From NCBI GenBank assembly GCA_976551045.1, contig CDPCPM010000239.1, positions 5,456,001 through 5,520,000 on the forward strand: 64,000 nt of DNA, given 5' to 3'. The notes beneath the pieces were generated by a model. The model searched no databases. It worked only from the letters and a program-made list of their open reading frames with translations, and was not told the DNA's origin. This DNA is from Glaucostegus cemiculus (Eukaryota). The position numbers were made by a program, and so were the translations under genes. This document shows, piece after piece, positions 11,586 through 24,625 of the stretch (position 1 is its first letter; the number at the start of each line of letters is the position of its first letter).

Positions 11586-13749
11586 TTTAATTCAATGATT
11601 CTGGAAATGTGCCCTCTGCAACAAAGTGATCAAATGCAGAGTAGGCAACCACTTTGCTGAACTTCTGGATTGTTGGTTGATCAGTCTCTCCTATTTCCCA
11701 TCAGAGTTCTCCACTTTTGGCTTTCACACCTCAGTTCAATACCCACCTTCAAGAAAAATATCCGATTTAACAGCCAGGCACCACAACTCACTGACCTGAG
11801 CAATGAATGTAACCACTTAGTTATCATCTCCATGTCTCCAATTTCCTGAGGATGTTTTGTGAATCTTTCTCATGCATCATGATTATCATTTGGTTACATT
11901 CACATAATTTTTTTTCTTCTAATGGTTATCCATGATTACCTCAGTTTATAATCCTTCTGTTCCTACCATTTTGCCAGTGTTCCTGACTAGCAGATATTGA
12001 ATCATTAAATCCATAAAGGAATCAGCAAACCTGATTTTTAAAAATTTGTTTCACTCTCTCATTACCCCCACCCACGCCTGTTCCCGACCCCAAACCATTT
12101 CAATTCAGTAGTTTTACTGAGAGAACTCACTCACTTTCCACTGCAGCTCAGTGAAAAATCAGTGACCAAACCATTTATGGCCCTTTTCCCTTTTCAGATC
12201 AGCTGTGTACATCCCACTTTTAATTTCATAGCTTCGGCATTCAGAGTTTGCTTTTGTTTCAAAGCAACATAAACCTCCCCAGAAAATCTTAATAAATGCC
12301 TATCACAATCCAATGAAAATTATAATCCAAGTGAATGAATGAAACTAGAGGGAGGCAAAAACCTTGCAGAGTATCCATAGCAACTTAGGCATCAGGTATT
12401 TGTGCCTGGATACCATTAATTAGCTTTCCTGCGTCACTAAATTCTTCGGAAGAGCTGAAATTTTAGAGGGTTTTCAATAGACAAATTAACCCTTTTCGAG
12501 CTAGATCATTCTTGATTCACTGTGCACATTGTATTCGGACTCTGACATATTTCACGCTATTTCTGTTACTGTCAATTACAAGGAATAATTCAACTTTTGG
12601 TAATGTTTATGTAATTATCCTACATGCTTCTCCACGTAACATCATTCATTTGAAATTCCACTTTACTATCTTCATAAACTATTCAAAGCCTTATTATTTT
12701 CTAACCACTTCCCCCCCCCCCAAAGTGGATCAACACACTTCTAAAGCACCACCTTGCCATTAATCGAGCCTTTAATTTACCTTACCATCTCTCCTAGTCT
12801 TTACAGACATAGTAGTCTGACCTCTTTTGAAGTTCCTTAACAAAGGAACAAGACCCAGATGATCTTTGCCAGAGAAGTCTCTGAAGGTTACACATGCAAC
12901 AATCTGACCGGTTCAGGCCCTGAGTCCTTGTTACATCGGACTAAGAGAATGCCATTCTACCACTCAGGCTTGTTACACAGAAGCTGGAATAGGACATTCA
13001 GCCCCTTAAGTCTGTTACTGGAGCATGAATAACATTGGTAAGGACATAAGGCTGCAGAATGCTCACGCCAGTCAGAAGCATGCAAGAATTGAGGTCATGA
13101 TGATAATTGACATGCAGTGTTGACCTTGTGTTGAAGATCGCATCTGACCTTGACCAGATGTACAATGTAATTGAACTTCTTGTGACACTGCATTCAAGTC
13201 CTCAAGGCTTGACTCCTGGCACTGACAACTAAAACCTATCTCCCTCCACTTCCCTGACAGTGTGTGTCTGAAATCTGGGTACCCTGCAGAAACAGGAGCT
13301 CTCAGTTCCTCTTGTGTCACAGTCTCTGCTGCATTGACAAAGAACAATGTCTCCTATATAATGTTATCAATGAATTTCTCTAAGGTCAGTGTTTCGATTG
13401 TAGAATCCCTGCCAGTCTCTTTTTCTTTGAGTAGATGCAGTCTGGATTATCTGTAACTGGTGCAAGACACTAATGATTTGATCCTTATTGAAGCAATAAG
13501 GCAAGGAATAGGAATGTTTGCCTCATTCTGTGGAGTAGCCACACAACTTGTTGCATTTCTTCCACAGGGTTGAACAAACAGGGGTTAATCAGTGATAGTA
13601 ATCAACGCACCTATTTTTGAATCTATCTGATGTATGTCATCCTCTTATCCAATAAGCATATTCTATGCTGCATTATTGACACCGGCATTGCCTCAGAACC
13701 CAGCTCAGCTCTGCTCTGTATACAACTGTTATCCTGCATACTTGTAATA

Positions 13750-13955
13750 ACACAAGAAAACAGGAGCAGGAGACCACTGAGCCTCTCAGGCCTGCACCGT
13801 CATTCAAGGTGATCATGGCTGATCAACGTTGGCCTCACTCCTCTTCCCATGTCCCTCAACTGCAATCTACCTCCACCTTAAATATATCCAATGGTCTGGC
13901 CTCCACCACTATCTTGGCCAGAGAATTCCAGAGATTCACTACCCACTGAGAGAAT
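13750..13955 (-). mobile_element. CR1/HER1 3' end fragment
   Basis: 'acaagaaaacaggagcaggagaccactgagcc...gatcatggctgatc...gagaattccagagattcact' is the same family as 7305-7960. Confidence 0.75.
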
Positions 13956-15779
13956 AATAATAATGCAGTGGGCAAGTAATTATTATTACTAGATCTTGAC
14001 TGTGTTTGGATTAACTGGAACCCTTTTATTCAGATATACCTGCCACGCTATAGCTCTCTTATACCAAGTCCACCTTGCAACTGATGCTAGCAGAACCATT
14101 TCTGACTGAGTACTGGTTTGTAGGTACTTAGTTCTAGATTAGGTATTTGAGGAAGTGGGACACATATTGTTTACCTGCCTACTGATTTCAGAAAAATAGC
14201 ATCAGAACTTTGAAAAACAGCCTGGCTTTGTACGTCCATGGATACTTTTGACCCATTTGGAATTGTGAAGCAGTTATTCATGTTACTCTAAAATCCAATA
14301 AGCTTCATTTGCTCGATATTCAAGCATTTTCAAAAGAATCTTGCCTCCATTTATCCACTTAAAGATATATTCTTGGAAAAGTCCCTGTAGAATTCCTTAA
14401 TCCTCTTATCATTCCAACACATGCTGCTTAATATGTCTCAGTATTTTATGCTAATTCATTCTCATTTTAGCATTAATATTCCGCCAGCAACACTCAATGT
14501 GCTTCAGTCTCACAACAACAAAACTAAACAACCATTACTTATGTAAAGAATTTATCTTTCCTTTTGCAGATTGCTGACTTCAGCTGTGTGATTATTCAAT
14601 GTGAAATTTGATTTTACAGATCAACATATTGCAGATGGTGATCTGGATGGTTAAGCAGGTGAATGCTTCATCTCTGGTTTAAATGGCAGCTGTGTGTCAC
14701 CAGATCTGCTATCAAAGCACTCTATCAATTAATGGAGTAAGAGATTCTCATACACCGTTCAATTCACTGAGCTTTGCATCAGATACATGTGTGCAAAAAC
14801 AAAGAGGATTATTGATTCGTAACATGAAAGACAATTTCTTCAGAATGCCATATATTCTTGCTGCATTTTGAGGTTAAGAAGAAATCTTGGAGTCAGTAGA
14901 ACTACAAACTTGCAGCAGATAACACAAGTCTCCCCAATAATACAAATGAAATCAAAGACCAATGAAATATCATATCATTTTTAGATCTCCCGACACAAAA
15001 ATCAAAGTACATTTGTTGGAGAGCTGAGTCATCTGATGGCTTTATAGCTACCAAAATTCATACTTAAAAAATTGAGTGTTGCACTCTTGATGGCCACATA
15101 GCTCTGTAGGCTCTTAAAGCCTGAGTTTCAATTTTTGATCTCATTTGATATGGCAAGATCTGTGTTATAATTGATGTCATCCATGCTTCTTTTAATGCCT
15201 CAATCTTAAATTGTTAATGAGATATAAAATGGTCACAGATCATGTTCTTGGTCAGTATCCAATTTCTGATGCTGGTAGTAAAGGTGTCGATTGAACTCAG
15301 CTGTCACCCAACCAAAGTCAGAAAAATCAAGTGACCCCATCATCAATGCTCAGATGGGAATAGTAGTGCCCGCTAGGCAAGAGAGGAGTGAGGAACTGGC
15401 ACCTCTACAAGTTACCTGTCAAAGAACTGGCATCTTCAGGAAAACAATGTTGAAATTTACATCTATTAATTTTTAATATCTACACAACAGGATTACATTA
15501 AAAACTCATAGCAATTTTCTAAAGGCAACTTGGATTGCTACCAAAAGTGGGAGAGAAAGCTTACAGGTCTCTGGGAAAAGAGCAAAAGCATGGATCTAAT
15601 TGGTAGCTTTTCCAGAAAACCAGCACGAGTATAGAATCAGACAGCTTAACCCAGATCCCCAAAGCATATTTTTTAAATAAAAGTCTCAGGATTTGTCATC
15701 GTTTTAGAAGTCACTCATGACACCAGGTGTTTTTATTTGTGGACAAAACAAGAATTCCATTGTCCTTGTCTGAGTACTT

Positions 15780-16050
15780 TGTGAGACTATGTCTCAGGGC
15801 TGATAAGGGTCAATGACATTGGTAGGTCAAGGGTTTCATATAGGCCAGACAAAACCAGGATAGTCAATCTACCTCCCTGATGGATGTTCATAGTGTTAAC
15901 TTTTTCTAACAATTCTATAGTTTCATTGTTATCTAATTAGTCATATTTTGAAGTCCCAGAGACACTAAATTGAATTTAGCTTCTCCTGGTGAGGTTTGAA
16001 CTGATTGGGGATTGGAGATCTATAGTACATCACCACCATTACTATCACCA
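15780..16050 (-). mobile_element. Decayed tRNA-derived SINE (family of 57290-57670)
   Basis: Reverse-complement similarity to 57290-57670 ('catataggccagac', 'gtttcattgtt', 'aattgaattt...gaggtttgaact'). Confidence 0.5.
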
Positions 16051-19000
16051 TCATTAAACTATACCCTTGATTTCAATTTTGTCATCACTTGGAATTGAGG
16101 GGCCGCTGATCAGAAAGAGTGCAATTGGTTTCACTGGGACATCAGTGGCTACCCTGTTAATGGATTTCAAGATCAGGGAAATTTATAAAGTTCCTATCTA
16201 CTGAACAAGTAATGCACAGTGTAGGGCAATCATAATTGCATCATCAGTAAAAGAAATATCCACAAATAAAAACATTTGGTGTCATGAACAACTTCAACGG
16301 TACTAACTGCATCCTCTTCGGCACGCAGTTATACTGCACTCTGTGCAAACTCAAATTGTTGCAGGGTAGTTTTATGGAGAGGTGGGGAGTCACACTTAAT
16401 TATTTTAGTGCTGAAAATAGCCTTGTGAATTATCAGATTACTGTTTCTGTGACTGCATTCACAGAAACATTGCAGTAAAACTGAAACCTTCAAACAAGTA
16501 AATGAAGGAGCGATTGTCACTTCTACTTAGTTATGCCTTTTTTCAATCATGGAGATGTGGAGATCATGCTTATTAGAAATCTAAAATAAAATTATTGGGC
16601 AATGGAAATGCATAGCACGTTGATGAGAACTGGAAGAAAACTCATGCTTTCAGTGTAATCCATTCCAGCAGCTGAAATAAATAAACAACTGGTCCAAACT
16701 AGTTTTAGAACAGAACCTGCTTCTGAATCAATGTTTGGTCACATGAGGTAGTTGACTATTCCACAAGCAATATTTCCAATTCTGCATTGTAATTCAAGGT
16801 TTTCTCATGAACTTGATGTCATAAGAATATTTCTTCTATTTTCAATCCATAATCATGTACGCATATTGCTTTTCATTTTTGCAAAGATACAATAACGCTG
16901 AATAGAATAAAATGAAAAGAACATCAGGCTATTGACGTTTGTCCTTTTCTGGACAGAATGTCACACAAAACATTTGTACTCTTGCAGAAAGAAGAACTGA
17001 ATTAATTAAAAAGCATTGATAGTCACAGAGTTATTATGGAAAAAGATTTTTTTCCTTTGAAGATGCTGAATGAACGATCAGTAATTTGCAGCGATGGTTT
17101 AACAACCTTTTTTTTCTTATTACCTGATGATTAGCAACAATAATGTGTTGATAGCAAAACCGGTATTTTTCCCATTTTGATTGACCAGATTTGCTTTAAA
17201 TCTATTCATAGAATGTGCATCATTTAAAAAGTCACGTAGATGTCTGTACCATGCGTATTTTGTAATAACATTGCAAGTTGTGACAGTAATTCCAGCACAG
17301 ACAATAACCAGTTTAGTTGATCTGTGTCATTCACTGTATTTAGGATCAGAAGTTCCTTCTTAAAATTATGGGATATTCATCAAAATTCTGGAAATTATAC
17401 TTTTTCAATCTATCCTTCATAGGTGCTGTGGAAAGAGGCCATTTGAACCATTATGTTGCTGCCAGCTCAGTGAAAGTACATCCAACTCATCCAAATCTTC
17501 CCTTTTTCTAACTTTTACTCCCAATTACCTCTTTGTGCCAAAAAGGCGAACTAACCAGTGTTGCCTGAGTTTATTTATATGGTCTACAGAGATGAAGGAC
17601 CTGTCTAAAAATCTCAGGAAGTCAGAATCCATTGCTGAATTATGCAAGAAGCTGTAGATTAATTGGACTCTTACACTGGTGAGGAACATAGAGAAAATAA
17701 TTAGTGTACGCATTTTTTAAGTTATTTACAAAAAGTAAACAGTTCTTTGAGTTAAAATAGATTTATTATTTTCATTGAATAGAGGCCATGCAGAAGAATG
17801 TGATGACTAAATATATAACTATAAGGAAAGGGTGTAGGTAATGCATTCATTGTGATATTTTAAACTGAACTGTAGTCAGATGTCAGGTGTTACCACTTCT
17901 TATTATGATTTCATGGAGACATTGCAAGAATGCAATGATTAAAGGTAGCTAAATAACAAAGAAATTTGCTGTCTCTTTTACCCTGGGCATGTGAGCAAAT
18001 GCCAAAGAGAATCCTCTTTAGGCAGATACGCTGTAGGATTTTCTGAGAGTGATCTTGATCTGAAATAATCCAAGCTAGAGGCTTGTAATGATATACAAAT
18101 AATCAACTAAAAATATTAAAATACTCTCCAAAAATTAAAAATGATGACTTTTACTTTCTCCACAGATGCTGAATATTTTCAGTGATGTTTCTACTGACAG
18201 TCCATTTCATTTCTATCCTGCTTTAGATTTCAGCCCTGCTTTAGAATCTACTCAGCTATAGATTTATTTCTTTTAAAGCTTATTAAAAATAATATATGGG
18301 GGTGAAATTAGTTGATCTCCAGCTGTTAAAACTGCAGTCAGCCCCAGATTTCCACACTTGCACAGTCAAATACAAGACCTACTGACAGTTTGGAAGGCGG
18401 AGCCTGTCGCTCAGCTTCACTGACGGAGGTCAGACTTATTGACCTTCCCAGGAATTACACTGACTAATTGCCCCTCCAATTTTGTGCCATTTAAGAGCAG
18501 CTGGAGAAATGACATCACTTGCAAAGGGAATTACAGGTCACACATTAAAGGGGAAGGTAGGTTACTTCTATTTTTAATTATATTGCTTTCCTTTTATATT
18601 GTTCCTTATTCATGAGATTTTAGTGAATGTTTTCAACTCTTTAAGAGAAAGTTAGTCATTTTCAATTTCTTAAAATTAATTTTAATGTGAATCATTTGCA
18701 AGTGATTTTAAAGCCATTTTAAAAAATCATTAAAAATCAGTTGCAGGTCTTACAGTTGGAAAACCTCACCTCCAGCTTTGCTAACTGTCAGGAACATTTT
18801 GGGGAGTGGGTCTCCTCTCTGTCCCGTCTGAGGCACTGATACCACCCAGACCATGCCCCTGGGCTCTGGACTGCAGAGGACCAGGGAGGTTTGTCTTTCA
18901 CATCCTGAAACATAAATGCGGGGCTCAGGAGGCCAGACCACAAGATCCAACCCAACATAACAAAGCGGGAGCGATGTCTAATTGCGCTGGACCTGATCTG

Positions 19001-19165
19001 CTGCCTGTGGCCCCTCATGCCTCTTGTGAAACTGACCTCATGCAGCCAAGAGGCATCAGGTGATGCAGAGTAGACTTGAAGGAACCTCAAGCAGAAGCCT
19101 CATCCTCAAATGCCCTGACAGTCTCTGACAGCTTGCTGGCTGCAAATTCTCATGCCACCAACATG

Positions 19166-19482
19166 GGGTGTGTAGGATTGAAGGGGTATTCGTGACTTAT
19201 TGCATTAAAATAGAGTGTGTAGGGTTGGAGAGGTATCAGTACCCTGGTACTAATAACACAGGGCGTGTCAGGTTGGAGGGGTATTAGTCTCTTGTTGCAT
19301 TAATATAGCGTGTGTAGGGTTGGAGGTGTATCAGTGCCCTGGTACCAATAACATGAGGTGTGTAGGTTTGGAGGGGTATCAGTGCAGGTGTCTTGTTGCC
19401 CCTAATACAGGATGTGCAGGGTTCAAGGGGTATCAATGTCTTGTGACTAACATAAGGTGTATAGGGTTGGAGGGGTAACAGA
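19166..19482. repeat. Minisatellite with a ~47-48-bp unit, ~7 copies, alternating A/B subunits
   Basis: The core gtgtgtagggttggaggggtatc recurs at about 19168, 19215, 19263, 19310, 19358, 19412 and 19458. Confidence 0.9.
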
Positions 19483-20117
19483 GACTGCAATGTCTCAGAT
19501 GATCAGAGACAACAAAAATTATTCAAATAGACTGAAATGATACAAAATTTGAAACACATTCATAACTTACAGCACCTTAAAATACTAACAAATGGTTAAT
19601 GACTTTGAAGTGAAATAAGTTGGACACTTATCTTTCACCACAACGTGAGTGACCCCCGCACGCCCCCCCCAACTCAAATGAACAGGGTCGCCATTTGAAC
19701 ACCTGTCCTCTTTGGCTGAAAGCTGAAAGGCTGACTTAGTTAGTCAGGATGTTGCTGTCAATGGTGACTCCAGCACTGGAGCAGAAGGTTGGGTGCACCA
19801 GCACCTGATCTTGAGGACATTTCAGATTTCTGCAACAACACTTCCCCTGCACCCCTACCCCACTGCAGGTAAGAATACCTGCCTGCATGAAATTATCCTT
19901 CTCCAAGGAAAACAATGCTCACCAGTAATCATCTGTGGAACATGATTTCAAGCAGACACAGAGTGATAGAAGATAATCAAAATTCGAGATAACTTTGACC
20001 TCCTTCTCCTGTGCTTCACTGAGGATGGCAAACTTCTGTGAAAGGTTGGATAAATTTATGGTACTCAGAGAGATTATCTCATAATGGAGGGAAAGGATGA
20101 GCAATCTGCTCTATGTA

Positions 20118-20300
20118 AATAGAAAATGCTGAGCACACTCGCCAAGTCAGGTAGCATCTGTTGAGAGACAGACAGAATTAATGTTCAGGTCACTAACCTG
20201 AAATCAGAAGTCTTTCTCTCTCTCCCAGTGATGCTGACCAACTGAATATTTCCAGCATTGCTTTCTGTTTATATTGAAGATGCTAGAAATCTGAAATAGC
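20118..20300. mobile_element. Palindromic Penelope-like non-autonomous element
   Basis: 'agaaaatgctgagcacactc...gtcaggtagcatctg...aggtcactaacctgaaa...gatgctgaccaactgaatatttccagcatt' is self-complementary and one of about ten related copies in the window. Confidence 0.65.
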
Positions 20301-20444
20301 ATATAAAGGGTAATTCCGCCACCGTTAAAACTTACAGAAATTACTGATTAAAGTCTGTGCCAGTTTTTACCGTTCAGCTTGAAGACTGTTTTAAACATCA
20401 CAGAATTATCATGGTAAGGAATTTTCAAGTGATATTATGAACCT

Positions 20445-20620
20445 AGAAACTGCTGGAGGAACTCAGTGGGTCAGGCAGCATCTGTGGAGGCAGCACCTGC
20501 AGGACTGCTGCAGGGTCTTGACTAGAAAAGTCAAGCCTCCAAAGATGATGCCTGACCCACTGAGTTCCTCCAACAGCTTGTATTTTGCTCCAGATCCCAG
20601 CATATGCAATCTCTTATGTC
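20445..20620. mobile_element. Palindromic Penelope-like element
   Basis: The inverted arms are gctggaggaactcagtgggtcaggcagcatc and gatgatgcctgacccactgagttcctccaac. Confidence 0.7.
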
Positions 20621-23600
20621 TATATATATTGAAGCAAACTCACCTCAAAATTCACAATCATTTTGTCCCAGTACTTTTCTCTGAAACTTGCATATAAAAG
20701 ACTGAGATAACACACTGTGCCTGGTCATCCTGCACTGGGCCTGTTGTCTATACTGACCTCCTGCAATTCTCATCACACTTTTTCCAGATTAGAGTGCTGG
20801 ATGAGCTGTTTCCAATTATCTTTTCTGTCTATGCCCCTCACAGTTTTGAATTTCTCAATCACGTCCTTCCTCAGTCTCCTCTGCCTAGTGGTCTCTCCTC
20901 ATAAGTGAAACACCCTACACCCCAGGCAACATCCTGCCGAATACACTCTGCACTGCAATCATGTCCTTCCTATAGTGTACTGGCCAGTTTGGATGCATGA
21001 GAAGTCAAGTTGCAGGCTAAGAATCTGCCTGACCCAGGAGACCTCAGTGAAGAGCTGAAGAGGAATGATGATGATAAAAAATGTATCTTGCCACATCGGA
21101 GTAGAACACAAGATCTTCAGAGCACTGAATGAAAGGAACATGTTGATGAGGAGAGCTCAAATTTAAAAACACTATTTGGGAGCTACCGTTGGAGAAGAAT
21201 GTCATATGGAATGAACACAATACCAGGGAGTTTCAGTGAATGCTGTACTTGAAGAACTTAGAGACATAAATTCCATACCAGAGGGAGCCTTAGAAACAGT
21301 CATACAGCATAGAAGCAGGTCTGCTGATCAACAGATCTGCTGTAGACATGGCACTTGTCAGAGCAGGAGGCACAGTGAGGATGAAGCCCTGTATCAAACC
21401 GACACTAGACATAACAAAGGCAGTGGTGACTTGACACACACCACATCCCAGAATATATGAGGTCATGACAGAGGAGGGCTTATTTATTGTCAGAGGAAAA
21501 GGCACCATCTCAGGAGGGCCACCACAGAAACTTGCTTGCCAGGTGCACATCTGGAAACATTGGAGGATGCAACATAACCCTGCAGAGCAAGAACACCACA
21601 ACTTGGCCAGTGGAGAAACACCATCATTACAATTCAGATCTTGAAAGAAAGCCTATCAACCCAATTAATGGGAAGACTTTGCCTCAAATTGAAGCACATA
21701 GAAACAGGACTAATATTTTTAATCTTTTTTTGTTTCCCTTGATTTTTCATGATTAAAGGAGAGACGTAATACATTTAATATTGTTTGGAACCCATCTATG
21801 AACTGCACCATGTGACCACCTACTTCCTGCATTGTGCTATATATTGATAGCAACTTGTCAAAAAGCTGGCTCTCTGGAGCAAGCACACACCACAGAAATG
21901 CTGCCCTGGCTTTTTGTTAGTTCCTCTTATTAATTAAGCACTTTGTACGTTTTTTAGACTATCCTCTAGTGTCTTTTAGAGGAAATGAAAGAGATACCAT
22001 GGCAATTGGGTGAGAAGAAATCATATCAGGAACTGGTGGGTGACTGACATCAGGTGTCCGGTCAAATTTCCAGAATAAGGTAAAACAATATGAAATAGTT
22101 ATTATTGTATTTTGCTCTGGATAAAAAAAAAACAATAGTTTTAGTTGCATAACACAAAAAGCATATTATTATACTATTGAATTTCTTTGCTCTGTAGTCT
22201 TAAGTTCCCGAATCAATGCAAAAGCTTAATTTATTATTGGATAATAGGTCACACCAAATTAAAATGCTGTTGTGTTTGAAAGGGAACATTTCCTGTGAAA
22301 ATTACTTTTGCTTAAATTTACTTCCCTTATGTATTCATTGAATGTACTGCAAGTTATCTCTACCAGCCTCAATGCTCCATATGAACTTCCTCCTACCTAT
22401 TTTTTAATAGCGCCTTTTCAGCACAACCTTCTATGTTTCTCTCTCTCGCGTGCATTTTTTTTTTAACCTTTCCCACCAATTCATCTATGCTATTTGCTTC
22501 AATTACTCTTGATGATGGCAAGTTCCACTCATCAGTTAAATAGGATCTCCTGAAATTCCTGTTGAATTTATTGGTGGCTATTCAATACTATAGAGCATCC
22601 TTTTCAGCTGCGTATTCTGAATTGCACAGGGAAGATGGCAGCCTTTATTAGGGGAAGAAATCACATCAAAATAAAACCCTTCATGGAAGCATTTTTAGAA
22701 AACTAAACAGTAAATGATTGAATGAGCCTATCTATGATCCTCTGACACTCTTCAAAATTCAAACACTCTCATGATTTGACAACATCTCCACAAACATGAC
22801 AATAGCTTCAAAAAGCAACCATGCTGGGAGCCAGAGACTCAAAGTTTATCCAAGTGCTGGTGGTCGAAAGGTGAAGGATAAAAATGCCTGCAGGCTACAA
22901 GCACAAACAAGCTGCTGAAATGACAGCTTGTGCTGTAGAATTGAAGCAGTCTGTCTGGTGAAAGAGAGTACCTTGCCACAGCTCCTGGTATTCTTCCCAT
23001 CCTTTTCCAATTGAACAGTAGTTTACAACAAAGCATGTCCTCCTTTGCTCCAGGAGAACAATGAATGTTCTTCCTCTTCTCTGTTCACCGGGCACGTACA
23101 ATGTACATTGAGGCTTCCAGTCCTTACATAATGACAGAAAGCATATACTGAGCCAAGACAGAATAGGGGTCAAACTGAGCAAACAGAATCGTGACCTCAG
23201 CAGTTGATTCCTTTCACAGATATGTGAATGTAATTAAGGTGGAGTTGCTTCCCGTCTGGAAGTGGAACACGTGAAGAAGTTTTAGATACATTGAGTTTCA
23301 TTATCTTGGGTCTTCATTGCTCATTAGCCAAATCTATGGTGAGATATCAGGAGAAAGCCCAGATAAATTCCAGTCATGATTTTTGGAATTAAGCAGTTTA
23401 TTTCTTCCCAGCCTGGTGTTCCCATCATTCCAAACTGCTGTGTGGGATTTCAGATGGATCAACAGTGGCAGTTCCTTTGATCATTGTTTAGAATCTGGTT
23501 GCTGATTCATACAGCAGTTAGAAAATAATATGCTTATAAGTTAACTTTTAATTTTGCTTAATTGAGTTGTGTGAGGCAATGGAAATGGTTAAAATATACT

Positions 23601-24457
23601 TCATACCTTCAGTGTAAAGTCCCACCTCCATGCTCAATGCGATTGATTAAGTTTTGAGCTTTATCTCTTCTGAAAGGCTCCTAAAGGAATGCAGAAATTA
23701 TACAAACTTCACAGAAGTAGATTCACTGTATGTACCAACACATAATTGTGTGGGACAGTCACAGATAAAGGGACATCATTTCAGATGTTCCTGTTTACTG
23801 ACAGGTTGCAAGACTGGTATAAAATGGGAACTGATGAGTCTATTCTTGAGTAAGAGATAAGTAATTCGGCACAGCTTATCAGCGATTTGCTGCAGAAATA
23901 GAAATATCAGCGTTCTCTTCCAATTTTGATAGGTTTCAGGAAGAAATAATTGCAAGTAGAAATTCTATAGCACCACAATTGTAGAGATAAGAAAAACGTA
24001 ATGGCAGAGGAGCTTTGAAGCTTCATGCCTTCAGAATCTTTTTATACAGCAGCAAGTTAAGCAATAGTAGTTATTGGAATCAGAGACTATAATCAATGTG
24101 CAGATTTCTTTTAACACCATATTATTTTGTCCTAATACTATATAAACAATAGAGAGCAATTTATTTTTTTACAATATTTACACCAGTTTAAAGTGCAATG
24201 CACTTCTTTGGTCAAATGATAATTCCTACTACATTTGATGATACAGCATGGGCAAATCCACACACAAATTAAGGTATCATGCAGCTGATGCAGATGACTG
24301 TCTCATCTTCCATTTGAGATGACTCAGTGACTGAGATTAGCAACTAAGCTTACACTCAATGTTGCCACGTACGGCTATGCCATTTGAATGGATGGGGGCT
24401 TTTATTGTTGCCAATGTTACTGGTTTAAAACCAGTAATGATTATTCAGGTTAATAGA

Positions 24458-24625
24458 AATAGGAAATACTGGAACCTCAGAAGGTCAGGCAGCAATTTTG
24501 ATAAAGGCTTTCAAACCTGAATCATTTACTGTTTCTCCTTCCACAGATACTTCCTGATCAGCTGTTTCCAGAATTTTCTATTTTTATTTCAGATATCCAG
24601 CATTCAAAGGTTTTCTTTTCATTTT
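24458..24625. mobile_element. Palindromic Penelope-like element
   Basis: 'aggaaatactggaacctcagaaggtcaggcagc...ccacagatacttcctgatcagctgtttccagaattttctatttttatttcagat'. Confidence 0.65.

Noticed and set aside
14550-14670. Good-looking acceptor (ttccttttgcag) followed by IADF, reminiscent of a kinase IADFG motif
   Set aside because: It continues IADFSCVIIQCEI then stops, with no DFG and no suitable donor in frame.
19166-19482. CRISPR-like look of a constant ~23-nt core with ~24-nt intervening sequences
   Set aside because: The intervening sequences are related to each other in an alternating A/B pattern, the cores are degenerate, there are no cas genes and the DNA is eukaryotic. It is a minisatellite.
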